64,000 bases of DNA from Octopus bimaculoides. Lineage: Eukaryota. The notes under the pieces are model-generated. The model was not told the DNA's origin. It ran no database searches and saw nothing but the letters and a program-made list of their open reading frames with translations. The DNA lies in assembly GCF_001194135.2 (NCBI RefSeq), contig NC_068984.1:10630883-10694882 (forward strand), written 5' to 3'. Both the position numbers and the translations under genes were made by a program. Below are positions 12,090-25,222 of this stretch, piece after piece. Numbering within the stretch: position 1 is the stretch's first letter; every line of letters starts with the position of its first letter.

Positions 12090-12392
12090 CCTGTGCCCAT
12101 GCACATACCCACACATACCTCCTTCTCTTGCACTCTCCTGTCTTAGAAAGAACATTTTCTTCACCCATTCCCTTCCGGTCATTTCAATATGTGACCGCGT
12201 ATGCATCGTTGGTGATTTTCTTTCTCTGTCTTCCCTTCTTTGAACTTTTTCTATATTTCTGATGAAGATCTCCAATCGAAACGTGAAATCCTCTTTCTTA
12301 TCTTTCCTTTCCTGAGCGTCCAATAACACAGTACTTGTACCACGTCCTCACATTGTTGTTTTTGCTTGCTTGTTCTTGTTTGGATTGACCAT
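12090..12392 (+). mobile_element. Penelope-like terminal fragment nested in a SINE A spacer
   Basis: Contains a minimal hammerhead motif, has a T-rich 3' end and terminates in (TA)n; flanked by SINE A tail (11975-12080) and head (12410-12567). Confidence 0.6.
12255..12289 (+). ncRNA. Minimal type I hammerhead ribozyme motif, cleavage triplet degenerate (GUG)
   Basis: attt-CTGATGA-a-gat-ctcca-atc-GAAAC-GTG-aaat. Confidence 0.7.
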
Positions 12393-12599
12393 ATATATAT
12401 ATACACACAATGGGCTTCTTTCAGTTTCCATCTACTAGATCCATTCATAAAGCTTTGGTTGGCTTGAGGCTATAGTAGAAGAAAGACACTTGCCCAAGAT
12501 ACCATGCAGTGGGACTGAACCTGGAAGCGTGTGGTTGGAAAGCAAGCTTCTTACCACACAGCCATCGATATTTAAGAAATTTTATTTCTATAAGATAAT

Positions 12600-12762
12600 C
12601 AAGCCAAATGGTCGTCATTTCGAGCTACTCACCCAATGAGTATTTCCGCCAAATGTGGTGAAAATCTGTTCAGTCGTTTCCAAGTAATTTTGCAAACACA
12701 CAGACAAACAAAGACAAGTGACTACAATACCCTGCTTTTGCTTACGTGTGCAGGGTACTAAA
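12600..12762. mobile_element. Helentron-associated (HINE/DINE-1-like) element end
   Basis: AAATGTGGTGAAAATCTGTTCAG...ACAGACAAACAAA, with a terminal hairpin ACCCTGC...GCAGGGT. Confidence 0.55.
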
Positions 12763-15024
12763 TAAGCGAGGGTGTTTCTTGAGTGTGGGAAATGAATTGT
12801 GCAAGAATGCTGTGAGAACCTGTAAGGATGGGAAGATTTAGAGGGATGGGAAGATGCAAGGTAAATAACAAAGGGCTTAGGGATTAATATGTTAAGGAGG
12901 TGTTACCACATAAAACAAGGCTGACCTGATTTTTTTTTAGAGAAAATTTAATTTGTATTCTTTTTGATACCTGCCAGGCATAAATTAATTGCATCAACGT
13001 GTACCCCCATTTTTTTTTGTTTGTTAGTTTGTTTTTTACATAAGGACTAAACTAAGAGCATGGGAACACAATGTTTTTTTTTTGTTTTGGTGTTTCCTGT
13101 ATGTGTATGTTTTATTTCTCTTTTAGTTCTTCTAGTCATTGGAGTGTGGCCATGCTGGAACATTACATTATAAAGTAATTGACCCCTGTCTGGTACTTAT
13201 TCTATCAGTCTCGTTCGCAGAACCACCAACTTGTGGGGACATAAACAAACCAACACTAGTTGTCGAGTAGTGTGGGGGACATTCATGAATACACACACAC
13301 GTACACTGGTATACATGACAGGCTTCCACACAGTTACCATCTACCAAATTCACTCACAGACATATAGAAGCAGACATCCCCCCCCACCACCACCAAGTGC
13401 CGCACGATAGGACTGAACCCAAAAATCATGTGGTTCCAAACTGAGCTTCTTAACCACACAGCCATACCTGCGCCTATTTATTTATTTGTTCATTTATTTA
13501 TTTTAAATGAAATCTTGACATTGCAACAGTGATTAAAAAAACAAAATATTGTAAAGCCGGCATTCTGGAAACGAGCCAAACACACCAATACTATTTTTTT
13601 TATCATTTATTCAGTTGTTCAGACACATTTGTAATGCTAGTTTCACATCTCTCACTAATCTAAAAAGTCGTCATTCCCATTTTCCTTCGTTCTTTCATCC
13701 ATCTTTTTCCTTCTTTCTTTCATCCATCTTTTTCCTTCTTTTTTTTTTCCCCTATTTTTTTTCTTTCTTTCCATTTCATTTCTACAATATAGATGTTTAA
13801 CACTACTTCTTCCACTTTACCTTATATATTTATTATTTATTCATTCATTTTATTTATTTTTTTATTCCTTTCCCCTCTTTGAAAACTTGTGCAACACTGC
13901 GAATGTTATATTAACTCTGTCTGACTATCTCTTCGAGTTATTGATTGCCACCACTTTCAGCCACTTATTCCTTCTCTGCTCGGTCAGTTAATCACTTATT
14001 TACAGCTCCAGGATTTTTGTGTGTGTGTGCGTGCGTACGTATGCCATACATGCTTGCAGACACAAACACAGACTCTTCAAGTTGAGAAATTTAATGCAGC
14101 GGGCCTATTTGCATGCATATAACATATATGTATATANNNNNNNNNNNNNNNNNNNNNNNNNNNNNNNNNNNNNNNNNNNNNNNNNNNNNNNNNNNNNNNN
14201 NNNNNNNNNNNNNNNNNNNNNNNNNNNNNNNNNNNNNNNNNNNNNNNNNNNNNNNNNNNNNNNNNNNNNNNNNNNNNNNNNNNNNNNNNNNNNNNNNNNN
14301 NNNNNNNNNNNNNNNNNNNNNNNNNNNNNNNNNNNNNNNNNNNNNNNNNNNNNNNNNNNNNNNNNNNNNNNNNNNNNNNNNNNNNNNNNNNNNNNNNNNN
14401 NNNNNNNNNNNNNNNNNNNNNNNNNNNNNNNNNNNNNNNNNNNNNNNNNNNNNNNNNNNNNNNNNNNNNNNNNNNNNNNNNNNNNNNNNNNNNNNNNNNN
14501 NNNNNNNNNNNNNNNNNNNNNNNNNNNNNNNNNNNNNNNNNNNNNNNNNNNNNNNNNNNNNNNNNNNNNNNNNNNNNNNNNNNNNNNNNNNNNNNNNNNN
14601 NNNNNNNNNNNNNNNNNNNNNNNNNNNNNNNNNNNNNNNNNNNNNNNNNNNNNNNNNNNNNNNNNNNNNNNNNNNNNNNNNNNNNNNNNNNNNNNNNNNN
14701 NNNNNNNNNNNNNNNNNNNNNNNNNNNNNNNNNNNNNNNNNNNNNNNNNNNNNNNNNNNNNNNNNNNNNNNNNNNNNNNNNNNNNNNNNNNNNNNNNNNN
14801 NNNNNNNNNNNNACTTATTTTATTGACCCAGAAAGGATGAAAAACAATGTCAACATCACAAGAATTTGAACTCAGAACATAAAACAGATGAAATGCTGCT
14901 AAGCATTTTGTCTATTGCACTAACAATTTTGCCAGTTTGCTACCCTGATGGACACCCAATATTACCATGACTTCAACAGAAAAGGCATCTGGCTGTGAAA
15001 CAATGCCTCAACAATATATTAATC

Positions 15025-15255
15025 TAAGGCTGCGAGCTGGCTGAAATGTTAGCACACCGGGCGAAATACTTAGTCGTATTTTGTCTATCTTTACGTTCTG
15101 AGTTCAAATTCCGCCAAGGTCGACTTTGCCTTTCATCCTTTCATCCTTTCAGGATTGATAAATTAAGTACCAGTTGCATACTGAGGTCGATCTAATCAAC
15201 TGGCTCCCTTTCCCAAAAATTTCAGGCCTTGTGCCTAGAGTAGAAAAGAATATAT
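15025..15255 (+). mobile_element. SINE family B, near full length
   Basis: Head, central domain and AAATTTCAGGCCTTGTGCCTAGAGTAGAAAAG-type tail. Confidence 0.85.
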
Positions 15256-16199
15256 TAATCTAACCCATGCTAGCATGAAAACATGGATGCAAAAACAAAC
15301 AAACAAATCAATGAATGATTTTTGATTATAGTTTAGCAGGATCAAGGTCTACCTAGGGTTAAACAATATCAACTGCAAATTTATTGGAGATTAGTGTAGT
15401 TAACTGAATTTATCCATAGAACATTATTGATACTTATTTTATTGGTTTTCGGAATGATAAATCGCAAAGTTAACCTCGGATGGATTTGGATCCAGAATAT
15501 TGAATTATCTATCTGACTAGTTATCCATTTGGATTAATTCACAATACAGGTGTGGCAATAGGTGCAGGTATGGCTGTGTGTAATTAAGAAGCTTCCCAAC
15601 CAGGTGGTCTTGCGTTCAAGCCCATTGCATAGCACCTTGGGCATGTGTCTTCTATTATAGTCACAGGCAGATGAAAGTCTTGTGAGTGGATTTGGTAGAT
15701 GGAAACTGAAAGAATCCCATCATATATGCATGTGTTTGTTTGTATCTTGTCTTGATACCATGTGATTATTGTAAAAGAACATTGTCAGTTTCAAAGTCTT
15801 CCATATGGAAATATTACTTTGATTGGAAATAGGAAAGGGTTGACAAAAGGAAGAGCATCCAGCCATAGAAAATCTGCCTCAACAAGTTCCATCTGATCCA
15901 TGCCTACAAGGAAAAGTAGATGTTAAACAGCAATGATGATGATGATAATGGTCGTTTCTACCATTGTCCAATAATTATTGATAATCATTACAGCAATCAT
16001 GATTATTATTACATGAGCCCCTCCTGCTCCTACCCCAGATGGCTTTGTTGAAGTTAGTGTGAATTGAAATTGAAATCTGGGGGAAGCAAAAACTCGAGGG
16101 TTTTAAGTATTATAGCTGGGTGTTATAGTCCTGTTTAAGCCATTCTATTAGTGTATGTTGGTTTATCTTTCTCTTAAAATGAACATTAAATTATATATT

Positions 16200-16650
16200 A
16201 TCATCATCATCCTCATCATCATCATTTAATGTCTGTTGTCCTTGCTGGCATGGGTTGGACGGTTTGACCAGGGCTGGCAAGCTGGGGAACTGCACTTTAC
16301 AGAGAATGCTGGGCACTTTTATGTGGCACTGCACAGGGAATTTTAGGAGTGCTCTTATGGGCACTTTTATGCAGCTCCACATGAGTACTTTTACATTGTT
16401 CCACATGGGGCTTTTACATGGCATGGCATGGCATGGGTGCTTTTTACAAGGCACCACATGGGCGCTTTTATGTGGCACTACCACAAGTGTTTTTACATTG
16501 CACCGGCCGAAGACCTTCACAAGTCAATCCTCACCATCAGGGGGACTGGTCTTAACCCTTCTGCTACAGGGTACTAGTCTTCTTGAGTACAGCAAAGCAC
16601 CAGACATCTTGGTCCTTTGTCAGCTTGCCTGCCTAAGTTTAGCATCCTAA
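16200..16650 (-). mobile_element. Older RTE 3' end with degenerate internal repeats
   Basis: (CAT)n tail on the plus strand, repeated CTTTTA.GTGGCAC-like units, and an ORF end TKDQDVWCFAVLKKT on the minus strand. Confidence 0.65.
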
Positions 16651-17969
16651 GGTTGCTCTAATGTACCTTTCCACACTTGAAAAGTTCTCAGCATGAAGCC
16701 ATTCAATAACATGACTTGTCTGTTATGAGACTCATTTATAATGTTGAATAAATAATATACCCATTCTGTTACTTAATATACTAGTGCCTGTTTTCTCTGA
16801 CTTACAAACTTTATTGGACAAGTGTATACATATGGAGAGAGATATATATATATAACTCCTCTTTCAGTTAGAGTTAACCATGTTTGCACCTATACACACA
16901 GGGCCTGGGCGGGTTTATTTCCTGGAAGTCTGGCAGTTGCTCATGCATACAAGTCTTTCCTCGCCTCACTGCCAGTGTTGTTTTAGGGGATCTGCAGTGG
17001 GACTCTGGTGTTGCTACAAGAACTGTTGTCAGAATGCAGATAGCTGGGACAAATATTACAAAGAATCTTGCCAGGCACTCTAACAGTTCCTCTAATCATG
17101 GATTTCTACTTTTCACTACTTATAAAACTATAAAGCTTACGTGCTTATCATAAAGGAACCCATATCTATAAAATCCAATTTTAAATTGGACGGTCGTCTT
17201 GGTAATCATTTCCATTTTACATATATCCTTGTCAAGTCTTCCTGCAAACTTTCCAAAATGCAAAGTTATTATGACACCAACAAGATAAAGTAGAGCAGAT
17301 TTATTAGCAGAACAGCTTAAACCAAGTCCATATCATTTCTGGAACCTAGATCTTTGAATTAAAGAGACATGAATTAAATATAACGACATTTGCATTAATT
17401 CGAATCAGTGACTAAGTAGGATTGTTGAGACACGATGAGAATCAACTGTCAAGCAGAGACTGTTATATAGGAAAAACTATAAATTTGAATGAACATTTCT
17501 GTATGTATCTAATATTGAAATGTCTCTTTGCATACAACAGAATTGAATTTGTACTTACAGGATATGTTTCACTCATAAAAACAGTAAACAAAATTACATT
17601 AGAAATCCGTTATCTTCAATTCTTTTCTTTGTTTTTCTTTTTCCCCCGTTCATAGTTTTTGACAGCATTGTAATGACTATTCTAACAGTACATCCTCTGT
17701 TGATTAAGTTAACATTAAACATAGAAACATTGAGGCATCTGAAAGAAGAAAAACATGTGATGCTAGTAATCTAATGATTTTTCTATTGATGAAATTGTGA
17801 ATTCTTCTACTTCATTCTCTACACAAAATAATTGATTCTCTTCTTAGTCTTTCAAACAGCTTTAACTTTCTTGTTAACATCTTTACACATTATGCCATGG
17901 CTAATTTGGTATTGCATTTCAACAGAAATACTTTTTTTGAGAATAATTATTGAAAATTCTAAGGAATAT

Positions 17970-18359
17970 TTAACTCTTTTGTTACCATATTTCTGTTGAA
18001 ATACCCTGCCTTTGTTTTAATTAATTTTGAAAATAACAAAGAATTTAGTAAAATGACTTTTCCATTATCAAGTTAGTGTTTGGAACATAAATTAACATGA
18101 AATTTTGATGAAAAGTTTTGATTTAGATCACTTTAACCCTTTTGTTACCATATTTCTGCTCTAATACCCTGCCTTTGTTTTAATCAATTTAGTAAAATAA
18201 TGAATTTAGTAAAATAATTTTATCATTATTAAGCTGGTGTTTGGAACACATATTAACATAAAATTTTTAAAGGAATTTTTAATTTAGATCATTTTAAAAC
18301 AGGAAGTTTGTCTCATAGAACTAGAATGGTCTCTGGTGGGTTGGTATCGAAAGGGTTAA
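17970..18359. mobile_element. piggyBac-type MITE (TTAA/CCCTT termini): partial copy 17970-18132 fused to full copy 18133-18359
   Basis: TTAACCCTTTTGTTACC ... GGTATCGAAAGGGTTAA; related copies at 21895-22123 and 41580-41795. Confidence 0.8.
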
Positions 18360-21057
18360 TTCATAGATTTCTCCTGACTGTATTTTCAATATTTGATCAG
18401 AAATGGGGTTACATTTGTAGCTGTTTGATATTATGTTACATGTCTATTGAACAACTATCTATAGACCAAACTTAAGGTTCCAGTATTATTAATAACATTA
18501 GTGACTGGTTGTTGTTGTTTAGCTTCAGGTCAACTCTGCACACACCTTTAGACAAAGGCATTGGAGACTGTTCTGTAATTTTAGGGACTTTTAGGATTTT
18601 AAAGATAATAGGATGCATGAGAGAGAGAGAGTACTTTTGGAAAGTATAAACTTAGATACACATTATGTCAGAAAGTAAAGATAAGCAGATCAGGTTGCGA
18701 ACATCTTTTTTTCTTTTTTGGTTTTCATATGTCTGCTGTATCAAAACTGATTTGTGTCTGAACAACAAAGGGTTTTCTTTTGTAAGGGTTAGGTGGTAGG
18801 CAGAAGATCTTATTTTAGTGAAAAAGAAAATATATTTAGTATAGTTGGTAGTATTACTTTGACTAATATCAGCATGTGATAGAAGCAGTACTGGTAATGG
18901 TGAAAATGGGTCCGAGGATAATGACTAATGAAACAGATTCAAACTTCAATCACAATAGAAAATTTCATCTTGTTTATACAAAAGAATGTGATCTAACTTT
19001 GAACTTTCTATTAGATACGACACCATATGGGACTGCATCACTTAGCCTATCTTGAAATGCATGATATTTCAAGAACCACACTAATATTGTTGACCTTCAT
19101 CTTGAACAAAATTAGCCACTAACTATTGTAAGAGAGAAAACTCTAATCCTTTCTTTTGTCATTCATTTTTGTTTTGTTACAGAATCATTACAGGTCTGGG
19201 GTTTTGACACACAAGTTTCGACTGAGATGTTGAGAGTTAAAAAGAAAAAAATAACCAACAATGAAATGATCTCCTTAAAATTTGAATATCACTTAAGGTT
19301 AGCTTTGATAATACTCTGGAGACTTTCTTAATCTCATCAATTTCTTCAAAATTAGGGAAAAAAAAAAGTACTGTTGATTCAACTTTACAGAATCCTTACA
19401 ATGGAGATATTTATAAAGATAAATAGGTTTCACTGTACACATGTAAGTGTTGAGTACTTGTATTGAATAGCAAGAACGACGGTTTGAAATAGTGTCTGGA
19501 AATGAAACACTTCAGGTGTTATTTGTAAAAACTCTTAAATAGATTTAGTCGATATAGGTATGTGAGGGGAATAAATATCAAGTCACTTTTTCTCTTCTCT
19601 TTCTCTCCTCTCTCTCTCTCTCTCTCTATTTCAACAAATGTTGTAGGCAAGCTGATTGTTGGATTATAGCCAGCCATGTTGCAAGAAAATGTAAACATGG
19701 CAAGAAGAAATGGTAAAGATTGTAATCATAAAGAATCTGATAAAGACAACTGCAGAGATTGTCTGCCTGATTTGTTATAATTCTTGTTATTTGTTTATAT
19801 TTTGGTGAGTGTGATATTTTCACCTTGTTTTCTCTCAGCTAACATGGATTGAATTGCACAAGGATATTCAGGCATTTGTTCTACACATGGACACCATTCT
19901 TAATCCTCTTTTTCCCTGTTATTGCCTTATTATTTTTAGACATTATCTTCTGTTTCCATAAAGTGTGGCCCACAATAAAAAAGATGTGTGTGTTTAGAAA
20001 ATATTCGTATTTCACAATACTCCTCAAAAATTGCTGGCTTTGTAGGAAAATTTTAGATTCAAAAGCATTGTATTATTCCTTAAAACCCACAAATGTACAA
20101 ACAATTGAGCATTAAATATCATATGAAACAATTGAATCCATTGGAACTAGAGATGATTTCATTTTGACAAAGCTTTATTTTTGTGATTCAAAAGAATAAC
20201 GAATTGTAGGCTTGGGTTTCAGCAAATATTTTCAACCTAAAGAATTCCCTTTGAATGTGAAAATGCTATCAGCTGAGAACGCCTGAACTTTAGCAATCAG
20301 ACAGTTTTTATTTCATTTTTGTATGTGTGTTTTTGTGTTTTTGTGTTTGGAAAATGAATTCTAATTATGAATTAAGGCTGCCATTTAATTCCAAACTAGA
20401 TATGTACAGCGTGAATAAATATTGTTCCTTCACTAACAGCAATTAAAATTAATTGATATAAATTAGAATTTTTAACTATCAAGTCCCTGGTTATAGCTCA
20501 AATAATCTTTGGTTTCCTTTTACCCTTTTTCCTTTTGTTACTTCAGTACAAAGCCTTTTAGTTTTTGTAAAGATTTGTATAAAGTTCTTCCCTGTACTTT
20601 CATTGCCATCCAACAAAATTCTAAAGCATTTTCTTGACCTGGCATGGTTCTGCTCAATTTCTCCAAGAGACCTGGGTAGAAGAGGTGCTGGGTGGTCTTA
20701 CTGATCTGATTTAAATACTCAGATGTACCATAACTATAGCTATGATTTTTGAAATTCAGGTTTTAGGCCAAAGTAAGTCTCATCCTATCTCGGTTTCTCA
20801 TCGTTGTTATAACATCCACTTCTCCATGCTTGATCCAGATGCCTTTCTTGCCATCAACCTTCACTTGTTTCCAAGCAAGGTAATATTTCACTCTGGCAAA
20901 ACGCTTTTCCACAATGTTGAAAATGAACGACACTGCTTACATAACAGTGACACTCATTTACAACTATCACTCTATATCAAGATAAGGTGACCACAAAAAC
21001 AAACACTTGCATGCACACACACTCACACATGCACATACAGAAGCTTCTTTCAGTTTC

Positions 21058-21289
21058 CTATTTCTTTATTGCCCACAAGGGGCTAAACACAGAGGGGACA
21101 AACAAGGACAGACAAAGGGATTAAGTTGGTTACATCGACCCCAGTGCATAACTGGTACTTAGTTTATCGACCCTGAAAGGATGAAAGGCAAAGTCGACCT
21201 CAGCAGAATTTGAATTCAGAACGTAAAGACAGACGAAATACCGCTAAGCATTTCACTAGGCGTACTAACGTTTCTGCTAGCTCGCCACC
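21058..21289 (-). mobile_element. SINE family B inserted in a SINE A head, with an 11 bp TSD
   Basis: CTTTCAGTTTC at 21047-21057 and 21290-21300. Confidence 0.9.
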
Positions 21290-21894
21290 CTTTCAGTTTC
21301 TGTTTACCAAATCCACTCACAAGGCTTTTGTCAAACTGGGGCTATAGAAGAAGACACTTGCCTAAGATGCCATGCAGTGGGACTGAAACCAAAACCTTGC
21401 AGTTAAGAAGCATACTTTTTAACCATACAGCTACACCTGTACCTCCAACCATGCCTGTGCTTCTTTTTCACAACATGCTGTTCTCAGTAATCTTGTTTTA
21501 TTAACACATTTTGCCAGAACTTTCAGATTAAGTATCTCATATGTTCTAAATACTTGTTCCAGCCTATTTGTTTTCACTACCTTTACCTGCTCACAGCAAT
21601 GTTATTGATGCTCAATATATCATTAAACAAGATCTATTTTAGGGATATATCCCACACCCACGCACACATTTTATGTAATCTTATCACTGCACTACCTTCT
21701 GTTTCTGCTATCCTAACATATGATAACTAATTAACTAGGAGAGAATGGAAAGATAAAATACAAGAAGGCACCTTATATAATACACATGTTTACAAGACAA
21801 AGGAAAAACGGATGTGATGTTTAAGAAAATCTTCAAATTTTCCACCTTTTTTTACCTTTATCTTAAATTAGATAAAAATTTTAAGTAGGTGCAT

Positions 21895-22123
21895 TTAACC
21901 CTTTCATTACCATATTTCTGTTGAGATGCTCTGTGTTTCTCTCAGTTATTTTAGCTATAACAAAGAATTTAGTAAAATAACTTAGTTATCATTAAGCTAG
22001 TGTTAGGAACATAAATTGTGACTAAGGTTTGATGGAAGATTTTAATTCAGAACTTTTGAAAACAAGACATTTGTACTACAGAGCCAGAGGCGGTTTCAGC
22101 CGGGTTGGTAATAAAAGGGTTAA
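21895..22123. mobile_element. piggyBac-type MITE
   Basis: TTAA-flanked, TIRs CCCTTTCATTACC / GGTAATAAAAGGG. Confidence 0.8.
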
Positions 22124-22377
22124 GCAATTTCTTTGAGAGGGGGAGGGGAAGAGAAATCTGACACGAGTACAAAAGAGATAGTTTTACTCTTTTTGTTTTA
22201 CTTGATTTTTAAAAATTAATTTTTGTGATCGTTAGACTGTGGCCATGCAGGGGTGCTGCCTTTGAAAGAAAAGCATGCACTGCTTTGAAGAAGACACACA
22301 AGATGCCATGTTGAATCAAAAATTTCAGTTCCTGTACAAAAACAATATACCAAGCAAATATTGTTTTCAGCATGTAT

Positions 22378-22427
<50 letters not shown>

Positions 22428-22585
22428 GCATGGGATCAGTGCAGCATGGTTATTTCATAACCAAGTGATTTTGAGATCAGTCTCACTGTATGGCATCTTG
22501 TGTAGGTGTCTTCTTCCACTGTTCCAAGTCAAGCAAAGCTTTGTGAGTGGATTTGGTTGATGGAAACTGAATGAAACCTATTGTT

Positions 22586-22618
<33 letters not shown>

Positions 22619-22631
22619 CTGCATGTAATAT

Positions 22632-22904
22632 CAGGTCTGTGGAGTCAAAACAAAAGACTTCAGCTCTGACTCCTCTACCATTGGCTACTCCGACTCTGAC
22701 TCCTCTTTATGTAATTAAGTGATTGTGGTCTACATATCTCATAAAGCACATGCATACTCTTGTACTTTGAGTCGGCCTATATGTTAGAACTGGTTTATAT
22801 CAAAGAATAAAGATATTGTGAGTCAGAATCAGAGTCAGTATAGTTTTACTGACTCCAACTCCAGCTACCCCTTAATTGTTTCCGATTCCAGCTCCACAGC
22901 CTTG
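22632..22904. mobile_element. hAT-type MITE with GACTC/GAGTC subterminal repeats
   Basis: 8 bp TSD TGTAATAT (22624-22631, 22905-22912); TIR CAGG(T/G)CTGTGGAG; same family as 30267-30580. Confidence 0.88.
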
Positions 22905-22919
22905 TGTAATATATATATA

Positions 22920-23310
22920 TCATCATCGTCATTGTCGTTTAATGTCCGTTTTCCATGGTGGTATGGGTTGAATGGTTTGACTGGGGAATGGCAAGTCAGT
23001 AGGCTGCACCATGTTCCAATCAGACCTGGCGAAATTTCTACAGCTGGATGCCCTTCCTAACGCCAACCACTCCGAAAGTGTAGTGGGTGCTTTTTATGTG
23101 CCACTGGCATTGGCCACAATTACGATTTCCATTTTGATTTGAGTTTACTTGACTCAATAGGTCTTCTCAAGTGCAGTGTATTGCCCAATGATTCAAGGGT
23201 ACTTTTAAAGGGCTGGTGATGTGACACTCATATCAGCCATGGTTGTGATCTCACTTTACTTGCCCGGTCTTCTCAGTCACAGCATATCTCCAAAGGTCTC
23301 GGTCTCTTGT
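22920..23310 (-). mobile_element. RTE 3' end
   Basis: ORF end MTRDRDLWRYAVTEKTGQVK* plus 3' UTR and (GAT)n tail. Confidence 0.8.
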
Positions 23311-23366
23311 CATATATATATATATATCTATATGTGTGTGTGTGTGTGTGTGTTTGTATGTTTATA

Positions 23367-23582
23367 TGAGGGAGTGCTGAAAGTTCTTGGCTTTGAGGCT
23401 ATCACATAAGACTTGGTTGGAGGCCCAACGTTCCGAGTTCTTTTACAGGGCTTAGAAAAATTGAAGGACTGCTGCAATAAGTGTGTGAATCTGAGAGGGG
23501 AACATGTTGAACGAAATCATAATTAACTGATCCTTCTGTATATTCTTTTATTCAAAGTCAGGAACTTTTCAACATCACCTCA
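23367..23582. mobile_element. mariner-derived MITE (TIRs plus the last transposase codons)
   Basis: TA-flanked TIRs; internal KLKDCCNKCVNLRGEHVE resembles the mariner C-terminus; second copy at 46093-46308. Confidence 0.85.
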
Positions 23583-24606
23583 TATGTGTGTGTGTGTGTT
23601 TGTACTCTTGCCTGGACATCATATGATGGTTGTAAATGAGCATCACCCTCATGCAGAAATTGTTTGCTTACAATTTTCTTTGAAAAATAAAAATGTCTAA
23701 CAATGGGAAAATAATGCCTTACTTGAAAACAGGTGAAGGTTGCCAATAGGAAGGGCATCCAGCCAGAGAAATGTCTGTCTGAACAATTTTTGTCTGACCC
23801 ATGCAAGCATGGAAAAGTAGACATTCAATGATGATGTTGAGTTGGGTTTGTGAATTGTAATCTATTGAACTTTCCAATACCTGAACATAAGTGTGTATAA
23901 TTTATTATTATTATTTCTTTTATTAAATATCTTTGGGAAAGTTAATATGATGATCTTCACTGGAAATTTATTTTTTATTCTTCTTGAATCTATGCTTATT
24001 TTTAATTTTTTTACTTCCTTTTTTTAAAAATTTCTTTTTCTCCCAGGTAAGCTTCTGATATAATCTTCAATATTTTTCGGGAGAGGTTTTTAAGAGTAAT
24101 CATCATTGAGCAGATCTAATTCATTCTGTCTTTTAAAAATGCTGCTTCCTATCAAATCTTTACCATATGTTACTATCAAACAGTTATTCAAGTTTGGTTA
24201 CCTCCAAAAATATAGTCCTCATGAATATTCTCTTTTTACATAAAATCATATTCATTATTTTTAATGTACCTTTCTGAAACCTGCACTTTTCTCCAGTCTT
24301 TCTTTGTTTTTTTTTATTTTGTATTATTATTGTTATCATTATTGTTATTATTGCTGCTGTTATTATTATTATTATTATCATTATTATTATTATCATTATT
24401 ATTATTATTCTACTTTACTTTCACATCCTGAAAAAAAAAAATCAATATTCTTCTCAGTGCAGTTAGTTATAGAGCAGCGGAATGATTTTTGGTTGTAAAA
24501 ATGTTAGCAATTTTCAATACGTTCTTTTAAGGATTGTCTGTAAAAAATACAGAATAGTTTTGCTGATAACATAGATATGGCATCACATGGAAATAGGTAG
24601 GGAAGA

Positions 24607-24638
<32 letters not shown>

Positions 24639-25222
24639 CGTTTTCTTTCTTGGAAGTTGAGGTGCTCTCCAATATTTAACTTCAAAAGTAAATGTTTCTT
24701 TTCTTCTATGCCAAAGATTGCACTTGAATTTCTTGTAATGGGTTCTGTGTATTTTTTTCCTTGATGCAACCCAAATTCATAACAATAACATCCATAATAA
24801 TAACTACATAGGAATACATGCCAATGTATGTCAAGCTGTGTATCATGCATACAAAAGAAAAAAAAAAATTGAAAAAATAACCATCTCCATTTCTGATGTT
24901 TTACATGTGTCTAATTCATAATTTTTTTTTTATCTGTTATTATTATTATTATTATTATTATTATGGTGGTGAGCTGGCAGAATTGTTAACACGCTGGGTG
25001 AAATGCTTAGCTGTATTTCATCTGCCGCTATGTTTTAATTTCAAATTCTGCCGAGGTTGACTTTGCCTTTCATCCTTTCGGGGTCGATTAAATAATTACC
25101 AGTTACGTACTGGGGTCGATGTGATCAACTTAATCCCCACCCCCAAGCTGCCCTTGTGGTAAAAATTTGAAATCACCATCATCATCATCATTATTATTAT
25201 TATTATGATTATTATTATGGCA

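Noticed and set aside
14019-14840. Long ORFs spanning N-gaps (also 26762-27914, 33731-34525, 56023-56581, 58023-58748)
   Set aside because: They are open only because of Ns and simple repeats
20570-20690. Minus-strand frame with P-loop-like RILLDGNESTGKN
   Set aside because: It lacks the S/T after GK, is bounded by stops and has no convincing donor; probably chance
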